Assembly (NCBI GenBank): GCA_024704765.1
Contig: JAKMXF010000340.1
Coordinates: 159,911 to 223,910, forward strand
Length of the DNA: 64,000 bases
DNA from: Oopsacas minuta
Lineage: Eukaryota; Animalia; Porifera
Direction: 5' to 3'
The stretch's first letter is position 1. Each line of letters begins with the position of its first letter. This document shows positions 12,701 through 21,715 of this stretch, piece by piece. The notes beneath the pieces were generated by a model. That model was not told where the DNA came from, did not search any database, and saw only the letters and a list, made by a program, of their open reading frames with translations. A program made the translations under genes and the position numbers.

Positions 12701-15700
12701 TAAATGAGGCACTGGATAAACTATTAAAAGCGGTTGATTCTGAGAAAAAAACGTTTGTTGAAGAAGTAATTGATGTACCAAACGTTCTCGTTACTTGGGA
12801 CGAAATTTACTTGGAAGAAACTCTACAGAAACTTTGCAAAATAAACGAACTCAAATATTCAAAGGAATTTTTGAAGACAACATCATTATGGCATCAATCG
12901 AAACGTGGAAACGGGGAGGACGATTTGAACTATCCAAGAGGGATAGCATACGATGTGAAAGCACATAATCTCTACGTAGCTGATTGTCTAAACGATCGCA
13001 TCCAGGTTTATGATGAAAAAGGGAATGTGATTGATTCGATATGTAAAAACACAGTGAAACTTCCACGTAGGATTTGTATTACAGAAAATTTCCTGTTTGT
13101 TACAAGTGATCTACACCAACTGAATAAGATTAATAAGAAAACAGGCGAAGTACTTGAAAAAGAAAAATTCCAATACTTGTTAAGCGGAATCGATTCATTT
13201 AGGGAGAAATATATATACGCGTGTGACCTAATGGATCTACAAATAATTGTAATGCGTATTTCAAACTTGAGTGTGAAGAGGAAATTCACGTTAAAAGCGA
13301 CGAAAAACAGTGACACACAAACAAGGGATATCCGTGTGGAGGCAACAGCGATCTACGTTCTATTCCATAAATCTCAATTTCCATTACAAAGCTTCACGCA
13401 TGAAGGAGTGTTAATCCGTCATATCGTGACTGAGACAATGGTTTTAGATGCGAAATACTTTTGTTTGGATGCAAGCAGTAATTTTTTTGATATCTGATTC
13501 AAGCTCCCATCAAATACGTGTATTCAGTCCACAAGGGAATTTGGTACAAGTTGTAGGGAGGAAGGGTAAAGAAAATCCTGGAGATTTATTTGAACCACAA
13601 GGCATAGCTGTTAATTATAACGATTCTAGCATATTTGTGGTGGATAGGAAAGTTGATAAAATTCTGCAAGCTTTTTAATAATTGTAATTTGTGGAACTTT
13701 TTGTATAATGAATAAGGTATTTTGTACATTATTAAATCATTAAAGTATTTGACAATTTTTGGGATCAGAGTTTCGACAATCATAAGCAGAGGCATCGCGT
13801 GGATTGTAGTGAATAATTCTAAGTTGGGATTTACAACTCACAAGTGATCTACGTCGTCAAATGATATGACATTATTGTATTTGACTCAGAAAGTTCAAAT
13901 ACAGTAAAACCTTCAGTTAGTGAAGACCAGAGGAACCAGCCAAAATGTTCATATACGAGAAGTGTTCACTTTCTTGACATTGTGTTTAGCAATTGAAGAC
14001 ATTTGGGACCGAGAAAAGGTGTACATCTTTTGGAGATGTTCACTCCTTAGAGGTGTACACTTTTAGAAGTTTTACTGTATTTCTTATAGCAGGAGTAAGT
14101 GGCGCTCCTGAAATTATAGTATTCTTTAAAATATTCAAATAAACTACAGATAGAGCAGGGGGTCATTTAACAACATTCTTTGAGGCAATTTTTAACCTCA
14201 TAACGAGACATTTCCCGACATAATACAGTAGACTCCGGTTAATTGGGAAAACAGCTGAATCTGGACAGTTACTCACTATAGCTTCTCAGGTATTCTATGG
14301 CCAAATCCGATCATTTATAGACAAAAGAATTCCAGCATCTTGTTCATATTATACAAAATTTCAGAAAAATGGTAAGGAATTTGTTCATATCATTGGCAGT
14401 AAGTGTTTTGCATCAAAAGCATTCTATTATCTTATAGAATGTCAGGAAATTATTCAAATACATTCAAAACCTGCAAGACTTTCAAAATATACCTAAATTA
14501 GTGAATATTGTACATTCATGTAATAAAGTAGACGTTAATTAGTAATTGCAAATATTTGTCGGTTTGATTCAAGTTGATTTTTACCAATCCGCCTACGAAA
14601 ATGAAAGTTTTGTCATATTGCAATTGTTCCAATGATAGTGAAACATATCGCATAATATTACATGACATCCGCTTAACCGAACCGCGAGGTGAGATTCCAA
14701 AATAGCATTAGATTTTGCTTAAGTCAACGGTCGGTAAATGAAAACTTGTTCAATATATCGAATGTACGAGAAAGGATCCATACGAGATTCCGAATAGTAT
14801 TTCCATACATATACATAATGTAATACGTATAATGTTGCCAGTTCAAGAACATGATATATGGATTATGGATTTGGCTTTTGTAAGAACTCTTGACTTTACA
14901 TTAATTTTAGCTTTTGGCAAGAACTTGGCATGAACATGACACGAACTTTGTGAACACATCATCTAGCAAGACCAACCAAGTAGCAACACTGAATAATCAA
15001 TAATCATAGCGGAAGTTACCTCCAAAGACTAGCAAATCAAGAAATATTCAAAGGTTCTAAGAATGCTTAATAAAATGTAACTTGTTCATTTGATAATGTA
15101 CACCTAAGGGCACATAAAAGTTACAAAACATCATGAAATTCGTTTGAAATATAATTTGTAATCAACAGAGCTATGCTACGTGAGCCAAAATGATATTAGT
15201 AACATGTGTGATAACGCTTAAGTGTTCAGGAAATTATTTACAATCCCAAGTTAATCTTTACTAACCAACTGAGCTAAGAAATTAGGGAAACTGCAGACTT
15301 CTCAATTCCTTCGATTGAAATCTTAAAATCATAGCTAATTGGTACTAAAATTCCAATCACTCAGAAAAGTAGATAATCATATGAATTGCATATTTTGGAA
15401 AAATTAAAATGAATATTACTATTACATTACGGATGCTAAAACTCAAAATAGATTACTACTCAATTTTGTAATATACATTACAAATAGTATATCTTAGAAA
15501 AACCACAAATCAACTTCTGTGCGGTTAATATTACCAAATCAATTTTAGTAGACTTTTGGAACAATAATAATATTATCCTACAAATATCCATATTAGCAAA
15601 GAAAAGATAAAATTGAATTTTAAAATCTTGTTAGACATTTAAAATGTCAAAATCGAATTCTACGCCCCGCTTTACCCCTATTTAACAAGTGGAAGCTAAT

Positions 15701-18478
15701 CTCTAGGATAATTTGAAATGTTCACCAAAAGGTGTGAAAATATGATTAATCATATGATAAATTCAGTGTAATAAGTGTATATATATTTAATAGGATGTAC
15801 TGAATAGAATTACAATCTACATCAATACAAATACAAGATACAGTGCTAATTAAATTACATACAGGCAAGAACTTGGCATGAACCGTCAAAGGGTTTAAAA
15901 ATATACACATTAGAAATTTCCAAATGTCAGGTGTACAAACTAGATGTCATTACGAGTATACATGCCAAATTTGGTGTTTTCATCTATAAAGGTGTGAACA
16001 ACAGAGCCAAAATAGAAGCCCGAGAATACTCTTTTATCGTAATACTACTTAACTACATGAAAATCGGGAATTCCATCCATGGTGATATAACAGCCAAGGA
16101 AAATACTGTCAATGCTGGTTATAAGAACATCATCGGGAACTGGACATAATGTTCTTATAACCGGCATGTCGTATATAAGAACATGTTCTTATAACCGGTG
16201 TTCTTATATCCGGCATCTGCTGTATTCGATATTCCATTATGTTATAACAAAATATTGAAAAATTCATATTGTTTGAATATAAAATTAGAAAAGATTTCCT
16301 CTAAGCATGCATTATTACTTACAAACCTACGTAGTTATAGTGTAAATTGAGATATCCTTATGATAACTGTAGAAAATGGATTATTAATTATAGAAATGTG
16401 TAATCCAATGGTTGAGGAAATTCTCCGGAACTATAAATGATGATTCCATGTAGAGTTTATAATACAAGATTATAAATCAATTTTCATTATTCAATGATTC
16501 AGCAATAGGAAGTTCAAGTTACAATGCATAAATGTTCCTGGAATAAAGTACAGACGTAAAGGATGAGATAAGAAAATGGATAATTTCAAAATGGGTGTAT
16601 TAGAAACTGATTTGTCCTGAATAAACCCTGAAGTTTATTTTATTCTTGGTCAATTTGATCTATACATTTAGTGATATATCAAATGTTGTGCCCTCTTCCA
16701 GTTTCCTAGAAATCATAGCCATGGATGAAAAACAACCACATTAGTATCGTATACAGATACGTAAGTAAGTCAGTGGCGGTCCCAGGGTAGGGGAAACGGA
16801 GCATTTTCCCAGGATTTGAAAATCTTGGCCCCTGCCTTGCCCCGGGCTATGCAAAATCCTGGGACAGCCCCTGAAGTCGTAGCATCGTCACGTCAGGGAA
16901 TAATCTATAAAAGAGGCGGAATTATAAATTACTCTCAAGACAATGCACACTACAAATCCAATTATCAAACACGATAATTACTTTCATAAATTATTACTCT
17001 GCCCATTTGGTTCTATGAAATATTCAAATATTTACAAACAACTTCTACATTAATAAATTCATATATCAAAGCTTTCGATTGTATAACTTCTAACCGAATA
17101 TATTAGTACAGTAATGTTAGCACATAATCGTATTGACATAATAGCACTGAAATTTGACTAATAAGCTTGATACTATGCAGGGCCGTTGAGAGCGCGAGCG
17201 GACCCCCTCTGATATTTTGTTCCGTTATCGTGAAGTGAATAAACTAAACGCAAACCATCGCATTCGTATTATATATATATATATTAAAAGTTAAACAAAA
17301 AGGTTGTCAGCCTATTTACGCGTGCCTGTCGTTTGGATCGTATCCCGTAAACTGAGTTAGTTATTGAAAAAAATTATAATTGATACAAAGTAAGTCAGGA
17401 CTGGGTTTCTAAGAAGGATTAAATAACAAAGGTATTACTCTGTCCAGCGATGTCTTTATTTTCCCCTTTACTTGTCTACTTAATGCATGCAGCCAATAAA
17501 GCCCATACATACCTTCACAGACAGAATTTCTCGGGCCCTGGGGTAATTACCCCGCCGACTCCCCCCTCTCGACAGCCCTGATACTATGCATGTATGTATA
17601 ATATAGAAATTATAGTGGCGACATGTTGGCATATGTTTTTGAAATATGGGGAGGAGTACAGGTCCTATTTGAGGGTCTGGGAGTGCTTAGTACCAAATTG
17701 GACCATTGGACATATACTTTCTCCTGTATTATAGAATTTATCAAAAAATTTTAAACTTAGAAAATCAATCGAAACTGCATTAGAACATTCCTTACCAGAT
17801 CCAGACTCTCCAGTAGCAACAATACAATGATCATCACGTGTTTTAGTAACTAATTGATAAGCAGCATCAGCTATAGAGAACGGATGTGGAGCATTCTGGA
17901 ATAGCTCACTGCCCTTGTATGTCTCGATTACGTCATCACCGAATATCTTCATCTCCTATATAGAGAGATAAGCTATACGTAATTCACCGATCAATCGAGG
18001 TTAATATCACCAAAGTAATTAATGTTACTGTAGATGATTATTTGATATTGAACCATGGATGGTGAATTTAGTATACTATATGGTGTATCAAATGTCCCGT
18101 CGAATCAAGCGAGCAGTGGTTCAAAGTGACCATATTTAAAACGGAGTTTCCTATACATCAATCACGTTCTAGCTCTGACCGCATTTTGTCACGTGTTAAC
18201 GAAACTACTATTTATCGCGAGATTCCCCTAAAAATCATGACTTAATTCCTACTTCTCCCCAGACAGCTAAAAGTTAAATAGTTATAATTCTAATAATATC
18301 CTTCACAAACACATACCTCGTACGGATTTACAGCAATGAGAGACTCTCCAATATAAGAGTATATCTGTTCAGATTCATAACGCATCTTTAAGTTGAGTAT
18401 GAATGTGTCAAGTGTCAGGTTATCAACCTGAGTGAAGTCGGGTAACCCTTCTGGCATCTTTCGACGTCCTGCCTTCAT
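723..18478 (-). CDS. MYO1D: Unconventional class I myosin, myosin-Id/Ig-like; multi-exon, C-terminal tail continues beyond window start
   Basis: Exons (GT-AG, phase-consistent): 18317-18478, 17796-17955, 7631-7928, 6952-7177, 6489-6673, 5361-5614, 2703-2998, 2008-2318, 1220-1535, 723-899. Motifs: VNPYE, GESGSG|KTE, EAFGNARTKRNNNSSRF, LEKDRVV..RNFHIFY, RDTLAK, DIYGFE, YVRCIRPN, IQ-like IQTIWRK, and MRDLGYSIEWP resembling the Myo1d post-IQ segment. A possible further acceptor lies at position 8. Confidence 0.9.
1010..1204. mobile_element. Tc1/mariner-pogo-type MITE (CAGTCAACTCC TIR family)
   Basis: CAGCCAACACCCGCTATATC ... ATATAACGGAGTTGACTG followed by TA; same TIR as 9624-9808. Confidence 0.55.
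3690..4805 (+). CDS. Cation diffusion facilitator zinc transporter (SLC30A2/3/4/8-like), intronless, antisense inside a myosin intron
   Basis: 371-aa ORF with 6 TM segments: SSLAVLTDSAHMLSD (TM2 H..D), YGYHRAEVLGA, NIRAALIHCIGD (TM5 H..D), ADPICTFIFS, LHDLRIW, TIQVE, N-terminal CKCH and C-terminal CELC. Confidence 0.93.
   Translation: MEDVYMNREAGKLFSSNNYKLKYVTGSCQEIERIEHPKKNQNLCKCHSNDENWKSNKTREALIKLTIAAFLAIIFTIAEAVGGYISSSLAVLTDSAHMLSDFFGFIVSLVSLVISKRKPSRKMHYGYHRAEVLGAVFSVIIIWIVTALLVYEAIQRVIHLDYEIDADVMLITATAGLYINVLLSLVLQIPLPKFLLEKETFETRKTTPKVENINIRAALIHCIGDIVQSMGVIIAGIIIRFRPDLKIADPICTFIFSILVTITTLNILRDAVHILMEGAPGNIKVEEVKSFLLNIPGVKRLHDLRIWNVNSTRICLSVHLAVDFCGKYDALLERVINDLKERYNIDYTTIQVEYYNQEEYFNCELCTSQDK
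5853..6352 (+). pseudogene. Degraded ORF with a PHD-finger-like remnant, possibly the C-terminus of a decayed transposase
   Basis: An acidic short ORF is followed by ENID*VSCDKCGRWYHILC..GWFWEFC* with in-frame stops (TAG where W is expected). Confidence 0.45.
8457..9551 (-). CDS. Uncharacterised 364-aa protein: tandem Cys/His zinc-like module, helix, (G/S)Q(H/Y)PGMQ repeat, C-terminal Cys knuckle
   Basis: Intronless ATG-to-stop ORF. The N-terminal ~85 aa are clearly homologous to the N-terminus of 10300-12051. The C-terminus is CKGHGC...YDFCGKTCASK. Confidence 0.85.
   Translation of the reverse strand: MGKDKFGTKRGRCAICEECYEYSPPREGSSLACDYCDHKPIYHTEIVVLGACACNKCHGYNTSNDCQYTTCDYCDCAADKHIGYEKIQGEMDKVKQRIKDLKSGHIPGKIQEQTATPQPQVQPQDQQEYGLQSSSIQIQPTGTQDQHPGMQGQGQYAGMQSQHPGMQGQHPGMQGQHPGMQGQHPGMQGQHPGMQGQHPGMQSQYPGMQGQHPGMQSQYPGMQGQHPGMQSQYPGMQGQHPGMQSQYPGMQGQHPGMQSQYPGMQGQHPGMQGQYPGMPGQQLPGQCYNPMAANPQYYYQQSPYSYNQPLTGMPYGSPGAGGGRGGHTVDNDNKCKGHGCTRQKRKKEDGKGYYDFCGKTCASK
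8715..9119. repeat. Coding minisatellite, 21-bp unit, about 19 copies, with a 42-bp higher-order alternation
   Basis: Units such as GCATTCCGGGATGTTGACCTT and GCATTCCAGGATATTGACTTT; translated GQHPGMQ/SQYPGMQ. Confidence 0.95.
9624..9808. mobile_element. Tc1/mariner-pogo-type MITE
   Basis: TIRs CAGTCAACTCC / GGAGTTGACTG, TA on the left flank. Confidence 0.7.
10300..12051 (-). CDS. NHL-repeat (TRIM-NHL-like) protein with an N-terminal tandem Cys/His module and coiled coil
   Basis: 583-aa intronless ORF. NHL signatures: LNHAKGIAVD..LYIADCLNDRIQVYD, ILISDSGSHQIRVF, LFEPQGIAVN..IYVVD. A coiled-coil-like segment lies at about aa 190-290. Confidence 0.9.
   Translation of the reverse strand: MGKDAQGTKRGRCVACGECEEYEQQAEDDTCQCCAHNRKCHVKVVTLGLCKCGHCHGYSSKNEFQYFQCDYCACDAEKHVGWERVHVEYERVKTLVKEENLIQLDSPTFAESEKQFQFTGNPVDMSIDKITSAERSCLFEIAPSCELSHSLSCQSMPNLLQVDKNRNSLPASGLPSLLNIPIENKYLDDLREKIEIVKLELKKKYEKLHHLLSLSEMEKFRDLDIIYEHYEKLFADRIININELEIAKNTVFDSLNQSDLKPAYAKIISTLETEKKAYQNFTVDVPDLIVHWDELSFQDSLQNICHIIEVKSPGKFFKMKPNWHQSKRGNGPEDLNHAKGIAVDNETQNLYIADCLNDRIQVYDENGIFLETFCQKKVLLPRRICISGQFLFITSGLHQLNKINKYTGEIIGKTEFEFSLSGIDSKGNKYLYVCDLLNLQIVVVRISNLKFKRKFTLKATNNSDTQTRDIRVEATAIYVLFHKSQFPLQSFTHEGVLIRHIVTETMVLDAKYFCLDASSNILISDSGSHQIRVFSPQGDLVQVVGRKGKENPGDLFEPQGIAVNYAGSIYVVDMKVEANLQAF
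12445..13678 (+). CDS. Coiled-coil plus NHL-repeat protein, paralog of 10300-12051; +1 frameshift at the T7 run 13482-13488 (pseudogene or sequence error)
   Basis: ORFs 12445-13497 and 13448-13678 together align with the paralog through to ...LQAF*. The paralog has 6 nt (TATTCT) where this copy has 7 T. Confidence 0.8.
16106..16222. mobile_element. Small TA-flanked MITE
   Basis: Imperfect TIR CTGTCAATGCTGGTTATAAGAAC / GTTCTTATATCCGGCATCTGCTG, TA on both sides, internal GTTCTTATAACCGG repeats. Confidence 0.55.
16771..16873. mobile_element. Short hAT-like MITE
   Basis: TIR CAGTGGCGGTCCCAGG / CCTGGGACAGCCCCTG; second copy at 635-715. Confidence 0.6.
17178..17580. mobile_element. Non-autonomous hAT element with a perfect 8-bp target-site duplication
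   Basis: TIR CAGGGCCGTTGAGAG / CTCTCGACAGCCCTG; ATACTATG at 17170-17177 and 17581-17588. Confidence 0.85.
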
Positions 18479-19399
18479 TTCCGTTTAATATTATTTGACT
18501 AGTGAAAGCTAATATAAGGAATAAAACAGAGCCTTTCAAACTGGGAACTTCCAAATTCGTGAAAAATCTCACGTTTCTATCGTAAGATGTACGATTTAGT
18601 ATTTTGAATTAAAGACGGCCAGTCAATACCCACTTTTTGAAAATATAATGGCACAAGTATCACACATAGCGTTTCTAAAGTGTAATATATAGCTCAAATC
18701 CCTGGTAAACATTTGAAGCTATATCTCAATTATTTACTGAAAGATTTTCGATTTTGGGGGCAAAGCATAATGCAGAGATGCCAACTCTCAAGCCTCTTAA
18801 GATATCAAAAAGTGTGATCCCATGTCATATTATGATTCTTCACTGATGCTGAAAGCCAAATCAGAGTTACCTCTAACTCTCGGGGGGGAATACATCTGAA
18901 GGAGGGTGTTGTCAATATTCTGGGAGTACAACCAAAAATCCGGGTGGTACTGGCAAAAAATGTGATAAAGTCGCCTAGGGATCGAACTTTTTAAGCGAAA
19001 ATTCCAAGGAGGTAAGGTCTAAAAATGAGAAAATTCCAGGGGGATACCCCAAGATTACATACATAATTTTATACTTTTGGACATTTTAAAATAGACGTGC
19101 ATTTCGAACCATGGATCTTTAAAGAATCTTTGATATCCACAAGCTGTGAAATGTAGTCACAAAACTTCATTGTATTGGTTAACAAGTAATCAAAATTTAT
19201 TCAATATGAAGAAAACAATTAGTGTATAGTGAAAATGTAGAGGGAGCACTGGTGATAATATAAGGCTGAAACCCTTCTGGACAAAATTGGTATATGAAAA
19301 GACCAAACATTTGTAGTCAATATACGCCAGAAATGGTGGAAACCGTTAGTAAGATATCTAACAAAATTTTATTACGATTCGAAAAGTTGATTCCATTTT

Positions 19400-19678
19400 A
19401 TCAGAGGTTGAGGAACCCTTTAAACGTGACGTAACGCAAAATGTTTCTTCTGAGAAACCCAAAATAACAATAAATTCTGTTTTTTCCAAATTTAGACAAA
19501 ATTTGATTATTCAAGAAAATTATAATAGAAGTCCCCCTTATAGAGGTAAATTTCAATGGTGTGAGGCATAATCATCTGTAAAGCATGCCTCATTCCCCAC
19601 TCCCTGCTTATAGAGGTTCGTTTCTATGGAAATGAATGAGAGTGGACCAAAATTGCCTCGCTTATAGAGGTTGTACTG
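19400..19678. mobile_element. pogo/Tigger-like MITE fragment, inverted relative of 58725-59183
   Basis: Ends CTTATAGAGGTTGTACTG followed by TA; the internal GTTCGTTTCTATGGAAATGAATG..GGACCAAAATTGCC is shared with 58780-58830. Left boundary approximate. Confidence 0.55.
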
Positions 19679-21715
19679 TACGTAGCAAGTATAGTGTAAA
19701 TAATATCCGCACAATTATTTTACCATCCCTATTAGATTTAAAATTCCTTAATGATCTACAATTTTACAATAAAATGAGAATAAGAAAACATCCACACTAG
19801 AATAATAGAGCGATAATATTCAATTATACGTACATAGATATGATAGGGAATTTTTAATATAAAACAATGTATTTTTATGAGAACTTAATTGAATAATTGT
19901 ATAAATCAAGACTATTATCAAGTAATAGAAACAAAAGGATACTTATACACTAATTGAATAATATGACTTAACAGGGCCGACGGAGCCAGTACGGCCTGTC
20001 CAATTTTTAAATCCTCCAATAGATTTAGTTGTTGAAACAAAACCGTATTAAATCCTTGTTTCCGCCGTTCCTGCATAAGATTTTAGGAGAATGTGTTATT
20101 ATAAAATACGAGACTTTTAATTTAAAATTTGGCTAAAATTAGATATGATGGAATTCAAGACATTTGAGGTTACAATAATGATTGGAAGGATATATAGGAC
20201 ATTTCTACAGCTTCTATGAGGTGAGTGGGCTAAAGAAGTAGAATTCACAGGTAATGTTTTCTATGTGTCCAATTCTCTCTAATTGTCCCAGAGATGCCAA
20301 CTCTCACGCTTTTCAGGGGTAAAAAAAGTGAAAGCTCACGCCATTTTATGATTTACATTTTGATACTGAAATGCCAAATTTCATTCATTTTGAGAAGAAA
20401 TCTCACTGCTTTGCGAGACGCCAGGTTGAGCATCTACGCAAAAAAGTATGAGACTCCCATCATATGCAGTACAGATTCTTGTATGCAAAAGTTGCATACA
20501 ATAAAAGTTGGCCAGCGTCTATATTGAATTTTCCATGTAACATAACTGCATGAAATTTTGGTTTTTGGAATTTGTAGGCAATTTTGTGCATGCAAGAATA
20601 CTACACCATGTTGTATGTATAGTGAGATTTGCATTCAACATGTTACATAGAATAAAACAGTTCAATTTTTCTGCAACATTTTGAACGAAATTATATTTTC
20701 ATGCAACATTGTTGTATCTTGTTTGTTGGCTTGTTGCAATACATTGTTTACGCTGGGTTCAGTCCCGCATGTTATCATAAATATTCGGGCTAAGAAGTCC
20801 ACAATAAATTGAATTTTTCTTATTTTGTTTGAATAACTGTTTCAATGAAGTATCAATACTCAATTAGAAATCGTTGGAGCAATCAATTCTTGGAATAAAA
20901 CATTTTATTGTACTCATTGTGTGTGAATGACCATTCATTCTATGTTATTATTGTAAAAAACTTTGATGGTGAACTTTAATTGAGAAATAATTATGGGTTG
21001 AATACAACCTATATTCTCCAATTATGAATAAATTTAGAATTTCAACAGATTTACCAAAATATCGATTCCAAATCCAATTTCAATTTTCTCGCTAAAAACC
21101 AGATAATTGAAGCATTCATAGTCTTCAACTATAAAAATAGAAATATTTTGTTAAATAATATTTCTGAATAAACGAACGAAAATCATGAAAAATACGCGAA
21201 ATACAGCCAACCTTTTCGAAAATTTTCAAATTTTCTCATAATCAGAATTTTGTATATTCCTAAATTAATTTCTAAAATGGAATAGAAATTCAGAGATTCT
21301 TCGTTTTGAAACGAAGAATATCTGAATTTGAATAAATTGTGCCAAAATGAATACCAAAATTCGAATGTTCCTTCATTTCGAAAGTCGTTCGTTCGTTCAG
21401 CCCTAATATTACTTGAATAACAATTTGCATATGCACTAAGCTAAAAATATTCAAAAACTTTCGAGCTATTAAAATGTCAATCCTCATACAGGATCAAGTA
21501 GAATTTAAATAATATATCCGCATGAGAAACTTTTGCAAATAAAACATTCCCAAACATGGATGTTTGTAAATAAATACCCAGATCCTATACCCGAGTAGTT
21601 AATTATTTTGCATCCGGCTTCACCATTTTTGCATGCGGAGACCATTTTAATATATGTGACTTTCAGTGTATTTGCAATAAATATTTTGTTTATATATTCA
21701 GATCTATCTGTGACG

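Noticed and set aside
14270-14510. Possible small plus-strand exons (VFYGQIRSF.., NVRKLFKYIQ..)
   Set aside because: No start, no recognisable homology and no convincing complete gene model.
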